From NCBI GenBank assembly GCA_028714635.1, contig JAQTLZ010000002.1, positions 9,362 through 73,361 on the forward strand: a stretch of 64,000 bases of DNA, given 5' to 3'. Under the pieces are notes generated by a model. The model was not told the DNA's origin. It made no database searches and saw only the letters and a list, made by a program, of their open reading frames with translations. Below are positions 1-9,512 of this stretch, in pieces (the stretch's first letter is position 1; each line of letters opens with the position of its first letter). The translations under genes were made by a program, and so were the position numbers. This DNA comes from Minisyncoccota bacterium. Its GTDB lineage: Bacteria; Patescibacteriota; Minisyncoccia; Phycocordibacterales; JAQTLZ01.

Positions 1-1332
1 AAAGAGCTCCGCCTCGATATGAAGGAACGGGAAGACAAAATAAAGTCGACAGAAGACAGACTCATCAAAAAAGAAGATACGCTCGACAAGCGCCAGATGG
101 ATATCGACAAGGAAGTCGAATCTATCAAAGCAAAGATCGTCGAGATCAAAGATATAAAGGATAAGACAGAAAAAATCCAAGAGGCAAAACGAGGAGAGCT
201 CGAGAAAATCGCCCGACTTTCTACAGAAGACGCGAAAAAAGAACTTCTTGATATTGTCGAGAAACAATCGGAAGAAGACATCATGGTCCGGATGAAAAAG
301 CTCGAGACGACCGGACAAGAAAAACTTGAATCAAAAGCGAAAGACATTCTTTCAACAACCATTCAGCGTCTGGCTGCAAGCGTTTCTTCCGACATGCTCT
401 CGACAAGCGTTGCCATCCCCTCGGATGAGATCAAAGGAAAGATCATCGGAAAAGAAGGACGAAATATCAAGACATTTGAGCGAGCTTCCGGAGTTGAAGT
501 TATCGTTGATGATACTCCAGGAGCAATTACTATTTCCTCATTTGATCCGATTCGGCGCCAAGTCGCGAAGTTAGCCCTCGAGAACCTCATTCTCGACGGA
601 AGAATCCAGCCTGCAAAGATCGAGGAGATGGTAGAAAAAGCGAAACTGGAAATCAACAAAATCATCAAAGAGAAGGGTGAGCAAGCTGCGTACGAATGCG
701 GAGTGTTTAATCTTGACCCTCGCATCATTTCCATCCTTGGACGACTCTATTTCAGAACAAGTTACGGCCAAAATGTGCTCCAACACTCGATTGAAATGTC
801 TCATATCGGAGGAATGCTCGCAGAAGAGCTTGGCGCAAATGTAAACATTGCGAAAGCAGGATGTCTCCTTCACGACATTGGAAAAGCGGTAGACCATGAA
901 GTGACCGGTACTCACGTCGAGATCGGACGAAGAATTCTCCAGAAATTCGGCGCTGATCCTCTCATTGTGAAAGCGATGGAAGCGCATCATGGAGAATATC
1001 CATACGAAACAATTGAATCTGTCATCGTCCAGACAGCAGATGCTATCTCTGGTGGACGCCCAGGAGCACGACGAGACTCTGTCGAGAACTACTTGAAACG
1101 ATTGGGAGACCTAGAAGCTATCGCGAATAGCTTTAAAGGCGTTGAAAAGTCATATGCTCTTCAGGCAGGACGAGAAATACGAATATTCGTCACTCCGGCT
1201 GATGTCACGGACGTAGAAGCTAAAACTATGGCTCGGGATATAGCCGTTCGAATAGAAAACGAGCTCCGCTACCCAGGAGAAATCAAGGTAAATGTCATCC
1301 GGGAATCACGTTCTATTGAATTTGCGAGGTAA
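1..1332 (+). CDS. rny: Ribonuclease Y, 5'-truncated at the window edge. The frame is open from nt 1; KH domain GKIIGKEGRNIKTFE and HD domain LHDIGKA..H are present.
   Basis: KH and HD motifs. The coiled-coil region runs to the window edge with no upstream stop. Confidence 0.9.
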   Translation, partial: KELRLDMKEREDKIKSTEDRLIKKEDTLDKRQMDIDKEVESIKAKIVEIKDIKDKTEKIQEAKRGELEKIARLSTEDAKKELLDIVEKQSEEDIMVRMKKLETTGQEKLESKAKDILSTTIQRLAASVSSDMLSTSVAIPSDEIKGKIIGKEGRNIKTFERASGVEVIVDDTPGAITISSFDPIRRQVAKLALENLILDGRIQPAKIEEMVEKAKLEINKIIKEKGEQAAYECGVFNLDPRIISILGRLYFRTSYGQNVLQHSIEMSHIGGMLAEELGANVNIAKAGCLLHDIGKAVDHEVTGTHVEIGRRILQKFGADPLIVKAMEAHHGEYPYETIESVIVQTADAISGGRPGARRDSVENYLKRLGDLEAIANSFKGVEKSYALQAGREIRIFVTPADVTDVEAKTMARDIAVRIENELRYPGEIKVNVIRESRSIEFAR

Positions 1333-1353
1333 TTTAGAAGAAAAAAGCTAAAA

Positions 1354-1396
1354 GACCCCCGAATTCCGCTAGCGGAATTCGGGGGTCTTGCCTTTT
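1354..1396 (+). terminator. Perfect 34-bp palindrome GACCCCCGAATTCCGC-TA-GCGGAATTCGGGGGTC followed by a T-rich tract; terminator of rny.
   Basis: Inverted repeat read directly from the sequence. Confidence 0.6.
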
Positions 1397-1715
1397 CTTA
1401 CCATTTGTAGCCAGATTTTAGCTGCCTTGCATTGAAAAAGCCCTGTAATATAATGGGAAAGTACATTACAGGAAGGAGAAACAACACTTTTCTCCGAGAA
1501 AAATAAATAAGGTCGATTTAGCAGATTTAACATAATAGAATTTAGGAATTTGGATGAAATTCGAGACGCGAGTGAGTGAGAAGCGATGGGTATCGCTTCG
1601 CAAGACCTTGAGCGTTTTGTAATCAAAATGCGAAAGGTGTACAGCTCCTGTAAGGAGTTGCGACAAGACAAGACTTTCGACGAAGAAGTTCGCCAAATTC
1701 GTAAATTATAAACAT

Positions 1716-1988
1716 ATGAATAAAGCAGGAATAGTAGATATGGTCCACATGAAGCTCGGCACCACAAAAGTACAAGCAGAACAGCTCGTTGATACGATGC
1801 TCGATGGCATTGTAGGTTCTCTCAAGAAAGGAGAAGAAGTTTCTATAGCAGGTCTTGGTATCTTTTCAGTAAAACAGCGAGCAGCTAGACAAGCTCGAAA
1901 CCCTCGAACTGGCGAATCTATCCAGGTTGCAGCGATGAAGGTTCCGAAATTCCGCGCAGCTAAAGCTTTGAAGGATGCCGTTAAATAA
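1716..1988 (+). CDS. hup: HU family DNA-binding protein
   Basis: 90 aa. GLGIFSVKQRAARQARNPRTGESI arm motif; aligns with HU/IHF proteins. Confidence 0.9.
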   Translation: MNKAGIVDMVHMKLGTTKVQAEQLVDTMLDGIVGSLKKGEEVSIAGLGIFSVKQRAARQARNPRTGESIQVAAMKVPKFRAAKALKDAVK

Positions 1989-2009
1989 GACTTCTGTCTT
2001 TATTTAAAC

Positions 2010-2037
2010 AAAAAAACCGCTTTAGGGCGGTTTTTTT
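2010..2037 (+). terminator. Rho-independent terminator (CCGCTTTAGGGCGG hairpin plus T7)
   Basis: Hairpin and U-run immediately after the hup stop. Confidence 0.7.
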
Positions 2038-2087
2038 GTTTGAGTAAAATAAGAGAGCGCGTTGAGATATCTCAACGCGCTCTTGCT

Positions 2088-2879
2088 CTAATACAATTCT
2101 TTCACCTTGCGAGGAGTGAACCTGTCATTCGCATAATACACTTCCGGAGAAAAATTGGGCTTTTTCCGAAATTTTTCAAACTCACGAAAACCACATCCCG
2201 CTCGCGTCGTCTCCTTAAGTACAAATTTCACCAGCTCATGTGGGCTAAGCCAGCAAGTTTGATCAGCATCGGTATCAGTGAAAACAAATGAGCGAGTGAT
2301 GAGCTCATGCGGACAAAGTACCGAAGAAATATTGAAGACGAGCATGGAAAGCTCTTTTTGCCGCTTCACCTCTCGTCTCATATACCCCTTCACCTTTTCC
2401 ATTGTCTTGCACCAAGATTGATGCACGAGCGGATAATACTTGTCGGACATGCCTCCAAACAAGATGCATGCCGTTTTCCCCCGCCAATATGTATGCAGAT
2501 TAGTTGTCGCATTCACAAAGGCATCGAAAGTGAGCTTTGTAACCTCATCGTTCACGCCGTCACCGTCCCGGTCATTTTCTACCGTAATCACCCCTTTGTG
2601 ATTTACTTCAAACGGGAAAAGTCCGATTGCGTGTACATAGACGATTTCATCTACCCCATAATCCATATGCCGGAATAAAGACGAGTAATCGTTCTCTCTT
2701 CCGATCGAACAGATCAGCGTACGGAGAGGCAACTTTCCGTTTCGGAGAAAATCTTTTACTGGTCGCGCCTTGCGACTGATGCCGTAAACAACGGTATTCT
2801 CATCGTGAGCATACTCCGCAAGAAGTGCGCTCCCAATGGCGCCAGTAACTCCAGAGATAACAACAATTCTTTTTTTCAT
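2088..2879 (-). CDS. NAD(P)-binding Rossmann-fold protein (atypical SDR / epimerase-like). Start taken at MKKRIVVISGVTGAIGSAL.
   Basis: GxxGxxG motif close to the N-terminus. The upstream part of the ORF-track start is ignored. Confidence 0.55.
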   Translation of the reverse strand: MKKRIVVISGVTGAIGSALLAEYAHDENTVVYGISRKARPVKDFLRNGKLPLRTLICSIGRENDYSSLFRHMDYGVDEIVYVHAIGLFPFEVNHKGVITVENDRDGDGVNDEVTKLTFDAFVNATTNLHTYWRGKTACILFGGMSDKYYPLVHQSWCKTMEKVKGYMRREVKRQKELSMLVFNISSVLCPHELITRSFVFTDTDADQTCWLSPHELVKFVLKETTRAGCGFREFEKFRKKPNFSPEVYYANDRFTPRKVKELY

Positions 2880-3154
2880 TTCTTCTTCTCCTTTGCACAA
2901 ATGATCGAGATCTCGAAGGGCGCGAAACAAATGCCAAGTGTCCACCTGAAATCCGATGAATCCCGAAGGGCATCAGGAAATGAAAAGGCGAAAACATACG
3001 GTAGAGCTAGCGCGATGAGCATAGTAAAGAAGACAAGAAACTTCCAATACCAACGCTCGTTCACCTCCGAAAAGTGTTTATAGTTAAGCCAGCAAAGAAC
3101 CAGCTCAACCACGTAGACAGCAACCAAAACAACGAGCAGTTCTTCTTTATTCAT
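2876..3154 (-). CDS. Small hydrophobic membrane protein (2-3 TM). Its stop overlaps the start of the downstream SDR gene by 4 nt.
   Basis: ORF with strong hydrophobic segments and translational coupling (ATGA overlap). Confidence 0.4.
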   Translation of the reverse strand: MNKEELLVVLVAVYVVELVLCWLNYKHFSEVNERWYWKFLVFFTMLIALALPYVFAFSFPDALRDSSDFRWTLGICFAPFEISIICAKEKKK

Positions 3155-3326
3155 GTTTTGCCCCCTTTCTGTTTTGAACCATTTTCTCCATTACCCCATT
3201 GGCAAGGATTTGTTTTCAATGTCCGAACCGTAGCTACTGTAGCAGATATATTTGACACTCTCAATTTTGTATGCTTTTATGTTAATAAAGTAAAAAGATT
3301 TTTTACTTTCCTATATACTTATAAGC

Positions 3327-4166
3327 ATGGATTTCCTAAAACCTCATAAAATTGAAGACCTTATTATGAGCCTCCTTACCCAAGGAGAGAGGTCTACGAG
3401 CGCCCTTCTTGGAGAAATACGAGGCATTCGGAAGACCACCAAACAAGGCTTTTATGCTTCACTTCGAAAATTAAAAGAAGAAGATGTGATCCTTATTTAC
3501 AAAAAACGAGTGTCGCTCAACACTGTTTGGATAAAAAAGATGAAAGATACTTTTAATGCCGTGAGTAAGACCTACACAATCGAACAGGATTCATTTGACG
3601 TGTTGAGTCTTCAAGACAAAGAGAGTCTCACCTATTCTTTTTCTACAATAAAAAATCTCGATACATTTTGGGGACATTCACAAAATATTCTTTTACATAA
3701 TACAAATCCAGATGACGCAATTTATGTTTTCGATCCTCACTACTGGTTTTATATCGCCCGCAAAGAAACGGAAACTTCGCTTCTCAAAGAAATAGTCGAA
3801 AACAAACGGCAGTTTCTGATAAATGTCGGAGGAGATACTCCGTTAGATAAAATAATAAAGTCTGATTTCAACAATGACTACCTCCAATACAGCCACAAGA
3901 AAGTTTTTGAGAAAGAAAATTACTATATTACTGTTGTCGGAGATTACATCAGCGAAGTTTTTCTCGACGAAAAGACAGCACAGAGAATAGATGACTTGTA
4001 TAAGTCTGCGGAAACAATCAATGATCATGTTATCGCCACACTTAAGTCCCGTCTTCTGGCAAAAGTGAAGAGCAAAATAAAAATTTCCAAGAATAAAGCT
4101 CGGGCAGAGAGGTTAAAGAAGATGCTCGGGAAGGATTTTTATATAATCCGGGAGAAAAATACTTGA
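3327..4166 (+). CDS. Winged-helix regulator, divergent member of the TrmB-like paralog family in this window
   Basis: N-terminal wHTH-like segment. The C-terminal region aligns with the other four paralogs (VVGDYI / IYGDNI / VMGDYI block). Confidence 0.5.
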   Translation: MDFLKPHKIEDLIMSLLTQGERSTSALLGEIRGIRKTTKQGFYASLRKLKEEDVILIYKKRVSLNTVWIKKMKDTFNAVSKTYTIEQDSFDVLSLQDKESLTYSFSTIKNLDTFWGHSQNILLHNTNPDDAIYVFDPHYWFYIARKETETSLLKEIVENKRQFLINVGGDTPLDKIIKSDFNNDYLQYSHKKVFEKENYYITVVGDYISEVFLDEKTAQRIDDLYKSAETINDHVIATLKSRLLAKVKSKIKISKNKARAERLKKMLGKDFYIIREKNT

Positions 4167-4348
4167 AATAACCACTCACATTTTCGGGTAATATATGCGG
4201 CCTAACCCCATGAAAAATCCGTGCAAAACCCTTATGGTGTATAACAAAATGCTTTTAAAACAAGTTCAGTCTAAATTATACGCAAAGAAAAAACCTGTCG
4301 CGCCGGATGAATCTGCGCGCTCACGCCAGAATCGAGCAGAAAATGAAC

Positions 4349-5086
4349 TTATTTCGGTATGAAAGCCTTCGCGCTTCGCCACGCCATTTCAAACATTGTC
4401 TTCATAGTGGTCGCGATGGTCACGTCTTCGATGCGGACAACGAACAAATTAAACTCCTGAAGCCGGAAAAAGCAGACGACGTTGTCATAAATAACACTGT
4501 CGTTGAATACCGGACCACTCGCCAAACGCGCGCTGTAATTTTCTCCGGCTGTCACTGCCCATCTTTTCGCACTCGCTCTTGCGTCCGGTGTGTCGGCGAG
4601 AATTTCTCTAGTAAAAATTTTATTATCTATCGTCGCTTGATTTATTTTTCGGTACGCATCGGGAAATATTTTTTCAACTGAAGAAAGATCGGACCAAAAA
4701 ATAAGTTCCCGAGTTTTTTTCATCTCTTCATAAATATGAAAAAGTCCTTTCTCTCCTTCAAAGACTTGCACGCCCGGTCTTCCCTGTTCCGATTGTTGTA
4801 AAATTTCAAGCTCATGAATTTGTTTTTTAAACGAGCTGACATTTTCTTCAAGTTTGTTCTCGACCGCTTTCGGCGAGAGCGCCTGATAATATTCTTTTTT
4901 GCCGATTGTGATTTTATGAATGAATCCGCTTTTTAGCATCTCTTCCAGGTACACGTACACAGTCGGACGTTTCAGTTCGCATTTAGTGGAGATATTTTTC
5001 ACTGATGACGTGCCCAAAGCCAAAGTAGCCATATAGACTTTGGCCTGTTTTTCATTGAGTCCAAGGGTTTGAAGTGCTTGTATCAT
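4349..5086 (-). CDS. TrmB family transcriptional regulator
   Basis: N-terminus LGLNEKQAKVYMATLALGTSSVKNIS...RPTVYVYLEEM, typical of a TrmB wHTH. Confidence 0.7.
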   Translation of the reverse strand: MIQALQTLGLNEKQAKVYMATLALGTSSVKNISTKCELKRPTVYVYLEEMLKSGFIHKITIGKKEYYQALSPKAVENKLEENVSSFKKQIHELEILQQSEQGRPGVQVFEGEKGLFHIYEEMKKTRELIFWSDLSSVEKIFPDAYRKINQATIDNKIFTREILADTPDARASAKRWAVTAGENYSARLASGPVFNDSVIYDNVVCFFRLQEFNLFVVRIEDVTIATTMKTMFEMAWRSAKAFIPK

Positions 5087-5598
5087 CCCCTAATCCTATC
5101 CTGTTTGATTATAAATGTCAATAAATCTGACATATTTTATCCTACATTTCTATATTTATAGGCCTATTTTAGTTATCTTTAACTCATTTCTTCTGCTCTT
5201 TTTGACATATCTAGGATTCGTTGTAAAGTTATTGCAGTAGTACATTGACACACGGACTGTTCCGTGGTCTGAAGAAAAATGACATTTTGGCCTAAGGGCC
5301 GGAAGGATTGGTGACATCGTGTCAAACGAAGAGAAACTGCGGCTGGAAAATCTGGAGAAAAGAATTAAGGGAATGTTCAGCATACTTCCTCTCCATGATC
5401 AGAAAATCATCGAGTCAAAATACGGTCCCATAAAGGATTGGACGCTCGATACCATCCGGAACATAGAGACGACTGGGTTCAATCAAGTCTCTTATCCGTG
5501 TCAGTAGAAGTGGGGGGATTCTAAAAAAATCCCCCATCTTATCAAGTCCGCAAGCGCTTGTGGACTTGTAGGAAAAATTACTCATAAGCATATTAAAA

Positions 5599-6750
5599 AT
5601 GAATAAGAAAATAATTATAGGAATTGTTCTCGTCCTACTTGTCACTCTAGGAATTGGGATCGCAAAGTACAATGCCGGTAGTAGAAACACTGCCGCATTG
5701 GAACTCTCAGGGACTATAAAAGTCGGAGCAGCGCTTGGTCTCACCGGTGAATGTGCAAACTACGGTGAGGGAGAACTCAAAGCCGCGCGACTCGCCATAG
5801 ATGAGGCAAATAAAAGCGGTGGAATCTTGGGAAGAAAACTCGAGCTCATCACAGAGGATACGCAATGTAGTCCGAAAGGTTCAGTGAATGCGATAAGAAA
5901 ACTCATTGACATCAACAAAGCAGAAGCCATCGTCGGACTCACCTTTGGCGATAGCTTCCAAGCAGGATACACAATAAACAATCCTGCGCACATTGTTGCA
6001 GTTTCTCCCTCGACAGCTCTCGAAGCTCTCGCGTACAACAACGCTTCGACTGACTACGTCTTCTCAACTTGGTTTTCCGAAAGAGACGAGATCCAAGCGC
6101 TCCAGAAACGAGCAAAAGAGATGAACATAAAGAAATTTGTGCTCTTCCATGATGAGGATGCATTTGCAAGCATGCTTTCATCACTCTGGAATACGTATGC
6201 GAAAGAGAACGGCCTAACGATTGTGAAGGAATACAAAGTTCCTGTCGGCTACGATGATTACCGAACAATCATCCTGAAAATGAAAGCAGATAACCCCGAG
6301 GGAATAGCTTTCTTCGCACAAACTCAAGCTACGCGAGCGAAGTTCATGAAAGAAGCTAAAGAACTTGGCCTTAATGCGCAGATCTTCCAAAGTGCGGACA
6401 TTGAATACCCATCACTCCTTGAAAACTTCGGGAGTGCGATGGAAGGAATAATCTACACCTTTCCCGAAGTAACGGGAGAGAGTAAATCATTCTTCGACCG
6501 TTTCAAAGCTTTCTACGGAGAGGATTCGGTTGGAGGAAGCGATGCAAACGCCTACGACGCCACTCGAGTAATCATTGCCACACTTACAGAGCATTACAAA
6601 AATGGCACTGATATGAAAACCGCGGTGGAGAAAACAAACATACCGGGTACAGCATTCAAAGAAATAAAATTCGATGAAGCTCACCAAGTCACTGGTTCGA
6701 AATACATAATCAAGACGGTGCGGGATGGAAAGTTCGTGGAGGTGAAGTAA
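5599..6750 (+). CDS. Periplasmic binding protein type 1 (Leu/Ile/Val-binding-like substrate-binding protein) with N-terminal TM or signal. No adjacent permease or ATPase.
   Basis: ALGLTGECANYGEGELKAARLAIDEANKSGGILGRKLELITEDTQ resembles LivJ/LivK-family proteins. Confidence 0.75.
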   Translation: MNKKIIIGIVLVLLVTLGIGIAKYNAGSRNTAALELSGTIKVGAALGLTGECANYGEGELKAARLAIDEANKSGGILGRKLELITEDTQCSPKGSVNAIRKLIDINKAEAIVGLTFGDSFQAGYTINNPAHIVAVSPSTALEALAYNNASTDYVFSTWFSERDEIQALQKRAKEMNIKKFVLFHDEDAFASMLSSLWNTYAKENGLTIVKEYKVPVGYDDYRTIILKMKADNPEGIAFFAQTQATRAKFMKEAKELGLNAQIFQSADIEYPSLLENFGSAMEGIIYTFPEVTGESKSFFDRFKAFYGEDSVGGSDANAYDATRVIIATLTEHYKNGTDMKTAVEKTNIPGTAFKEIKFDEAHQVTGSKYIIKTVRDGKFVEVK

Positions 6751-6782
6751 GACAAAACAAAAACACTAGCTTAACGCTAGTG

Positions 6783-6960
6783 TTTTTGTTTTTGTGCGGG
6801 ACGGAGATCGGTCGTTACACGACCAGTACCCCGATTGGATTTTTTATGCGCGCTCACGCGCTTTTAAAAATGCTCAATCGGGCTTCGATTCTCCCGTCAT
6901 GAAGCGCCCCGCGCTTCACTTCCCCACAAAATGAAAAAAGACCTTTCGGCCTTTTTTCAT
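6783..6960. repeat. tRNA-Gly-associated composite. It contains a direct duplicate of the tRNA-Gly 3' end (6795-6810), a conserved hairpin motif CGGTCGTTACACGACCAGTACCCCGATTGGATTTTT (6809-6845), an inverted T-arm-like fragment (6871-6895), a CCCC-loop hairpin (6901-6917) and the tRNA terminator (6934-6957).
   Basis: Sequence identity to the tRNA-Gly 3' end, and to motif copies at 13975-14013 and 14155-14176. Confidence 0.5.
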
Positions 6961-6964
6961 TTTG

Positions 6965-7035
6965 TGCGGGACGGGAGAATCGAACTCCCGCCAAGAGTTT
7001 GGAAAACTCCTATTCTACCATTAAACTAGTCCCGC
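6965..7035 (-). tRNA. tRNA-Gly (anticodon UCC), no encoded CCA
   Basis: Cloverleaf folds by hand: acceptor GCGGGAC/GTCCCGC, anticodon loop TTTCCAA, T-arm GGGAG-TTCGATT-CTCCC. Confidence 0.85.
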
Positions 7036-7125
7036 AATATTTTCTTTTCAAACGAAACAAGATGAATATATCACAAAAATCGAGAAAGACAAAAGTAAGA
7101 GAAAAATGCTATTGTACTGAAAAAT

Positions 7126-8250
7126 ATGAAAGAATTTCTAACCACCGCTGTCTTTAAACTTGTCGTCACAGCCACGGCAGTCATTCAATTTTTCCTCGCC
7201 ACACCAAAGCAGACCGTGACTCCGCCCTCCCCTGTTCACCTGTCACAAATTGCGCAAGTACAACAAATTCCTGAAATTGTTTTGCCGGATCCGTTCTCGC
7301 TTCTTTCGCCAGAAAATTTCCAAGTAGAAAATGTGCCAGCAAAAAAATTCCTTCCGCTCATACCAAAGAAAGTAGCTTCCCGGCAAAACCCTGTACCGCA
7401 AGTTGCGACTTCGAAACCGCAAATTCTAGACCCCCGACTTCACGGCTGGGATCTCACCAATGCAAAAATTGCACCGGCTGTCGTAAATATTTTCTGCACA
7501 CTCCAAACTAGAAATATCATTCGCACTTCAACAGGTAGCGGGGTCGTCATCGACCCACGGGGAGTGATTCTCACCAATGCTCACATCGCTCAATATCTTC
7601 TTCTCGCAGACACAGCAACAAATCCAAAAACAGATTGCGCGATACGAAATGGCAATCCAGCAAAAGGAAATGCTTTCGCAAAACTTCTTTACATAAGCCC
7701 TGCTTGGATCAACGCCCACGGTGGCGATCTCTTAAATCCAAGTCCAGTTGGAACGGGAGAACATGACTACGCACTTCTCATGTCCAACACTCGTTCTTTC
7801 GCACCACTCGCACATGAAAATACTGAACCAGGAGAAGACACTATCCTCGCCGGATACCCATCGCCTTTCACTTCCCTTTCTTCTCGCGACAATCTGAATT
7901 TTCTTTCCGTCCTAACTCAAACTGAAAAGACTCAAGGATTTCGTGGTAATGGCGATGATCTTCTCTATTTCGGCGGTTCACTTCTTGCTGAACGAGGCTC
8001 TTCCGGCGGGCCAGTAATAAATGAAGATGGAAAAGTCTTAGGAATCCTTGTTACAGCCACCCCAGGAATTACTGTCGCATCGAGAGAGTCGCGAGCAATT
8101 TCTGCCTCCTACATTCAAAAAGATTTTCGAGAAGAAAACGGAACAAGCATTCAAGAATTTTTATCCGGAGATTTAAATTCCGCACGAATAAATTTCATGA
8201 ATCAATATGGAAATAGTTTAGGCGCGAAACTTCTCCAAAATTTTAACTAA
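7126..8250 (+). CDS. Secreted trypsin-like (S1 / HtrA-like) serine protease, no PDZ domain
   Basis: TNAHI His motif and GSSGGPV Ser motif. N-terminal hydrophobic segment. Confidence 0.8.
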   Translation: MKEFLTTAVFKLVVTATAVIQFFLATPKQTVTPPSPVHLSQIAQVQQIPEIVLPDPFSLLSPENFQVENVPAKKFLPLIPKKVASRQNPVPQVATSKPQILDPRLHGWDLTNAKIAPAVVNIFCTLQTRNIIRTSTGSGVVIDPRGVILTNAHIAQYLLLADTATNPKTDCAIRNGNPAKGNAFAKLLYISPAWINAHGGDLLNPSPVGTGEHDYALLMSNTRSFAPLAHENTEPGEDTILAGYPSPFTSLSSRDNLNFLSVLTQTEKTQGFRGNGDDLLYFGGSLLAERGSSGGPVINEDGKVLGILVTATPGITVASRESRAISASYIQKDFREENGTSIQEFLSGDLNSARINFMNQYGNSLGAKLLQNFN

Positions 8251-8548
8251 TGTTTTTCGCAAGTGAAACGAGAACATCAAAATTATCTTCTGAAACTATT
8301 TTATTTTTTTTCTCGAAGTTACATTTTTCGCACCGCTGAATAACAGAAATTTCGCCACCTTTATAGATCGAACCGACAGGGCGCATCATCCCTCCACAGG
8401 TATTTGCTCTGTCTCCGGGATGAATGTCCACATGCTTGCTCCAAAGACACTTCGGACAATGATTTGTATACCCGGTACCCGAGACTGTGAAACCGCAATG
8501 CTCACAGGTAAAATCTTCAATTTTTCGCTGGAATTTTCTCTCTTTCAT
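8243..8548 (-). CDS. RNHCP domain zinc-ribbon protein
   Basis: YTNHCPKCL motif plus additional Cys pairs. Confidence 0.65.
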   Translation of the reverse strand: MKERKFQRKIEDFTCEHCGFTVSGTGYTNHCPKCLWSKHVDIHPGDRANTCGGMMRPVGSIYKGGEISVIQRCEKCNFEKKNKIVSEDNFDVLVSLAKNIS

Positions 8549-9428
8549 TGGAAATTGAATATTGGGAATTGGAAATTTTAATTATAGCCCCTTTTCGTTT
8601 TAAAAACCCCTCTTTGATGAGCGCCGAAATATTTGCTTCACATCGCTTATCTGCAATTTCTTCCAAAAGTTTTTTCTCTGACATTTTTTCTTTGGCTGAA
8701 ATGAGTTCCAAAATCTTCCCACGCACTTCCCTATTTGAACCTGCAAATTTCGATTGCTTTGCGTAGTGAGCACTTCGGCGATTTGGATTCGGTACAGTTG
8801 CTTTGAGCATTGCTCCGTAATCCATGAGTGCGTAATACCATTCGCGCGGAGTCACTTTTTCCTTATGGAACCATTCGCTCGAATGGTTCCATCGAGAATT
8901 TGGCAAAGCCTTTTCAACAAAAGGAAAAATAACTTTATCATCTACCATCTTGCAATCCGCATCGTCGAAAAAGAAATGGAGAAACGTCCGCCGAATATTT
9001 GTTTCGATAAAAAGTGTTGGCTTGTTCCACGCATAGGCCGCGACCGCCCCGGCGGTCGCGGCTCCTACTCCAGGCAAGCTATCAAGTTTCTCCAAATCAT
9101 TCGGCACTTCCCCGCCAAAATCCCGCACAACCATCTCCGCCGCGCGCTTCAGATTAAGCGCGCGGCGATTGTACCCCAGCCCCTGCCACAATTTCAAAAC
9201 ATCACCCATGTTCGCCTGCGCCAATTTTTGCACCGTCGGAAACCTTTTGGTAAAACTTTCATATTTCGGAATCACCCGCGAAACCTGCGTCTGCTGAAGC
9301 ATAATTTCCGAAACCAAAATTTTATAAGGATCAGTAGTCTCCCGCCAAGGCATTTGGCGTTTGTTTTTTGCATAATAATTCCAGATTGTTTGCTGGAATT
9401 TTTTAATATTTTGGTTTGAAACTTTCAC
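8517..9428 (-). CDS. HhH-GPD DNA glycosylase, MutY-like N-terminal domain, with a non-MutY C-terminal extension and no 4Fe-4S cysteine cluster
   Basis: LVSEIMLQQTQVSRV and LPGVGAATAGAV helix-hairpin-helix motifs. Confidence 0.8.
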   Translation of the reverse strand: MKVSNQNIKKFQQTIWNYYAKNKRQMPWRETTDPYKILVSEIMLQQTQVSRVIPKYESFTKRFPTVQKLAQANMGDVLKLWQGLGYNRRALNLKRAAEMVVRDFGGEVPNDLEKLDSLPGVGAATAGAVAAYAWNKPTLFIETNIRRTFLHFFFDDADCKMVDDKVIFPFVEKALPNSRWNHSSEWFHKEKVTPREWYYALMDYGAMLKATVPNPNRRSAHYAKQSKFAGSNREVRGKILELISAKEKMSEKKLLEEIADKRCEANISALIKEGFLKRKGAIIKISNSQYSISNEREKIPAKN

Positions 9429-9454
9429 AAACCTAGCATAGCGTAATTTTAGAA

Positions 9455-9495
9455 AAAGAAAAAATAAAAAACCTCCGACAGACTTCGTCGGAGGT
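9455..9495 (-). terminator. Rho-independent terminator (CCTCCGAC...GTCGGAGG hairpin with a T-run on the minus strand) ending the 11023-9513 operon
   Basis: Hairpin plus TTTTTTATTTTTT on the minus strand. Confidence 0.6.
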
Positions 9496-9512
9496 TTATA
9501 GAAATCTCACCG

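Noticed and set aside
326-990. ORFs 326-574(+), 363-734(-) and 571-990(-) inside and antisense to rny
   Set aside because: They fully overlap a well-supported conserved gene and show no motifs. These are typical shadow ORFs.
5319-5545. 62-aa ORF with a possible GTG start, followed by a GGGGGAT...ATCCCCC hairpin upstream of the LivJ-like gene
   Set aside because: No RBS, no motif, and an alternative start codon. It could be a leader peptide, but the evidence is insufficient to call it.
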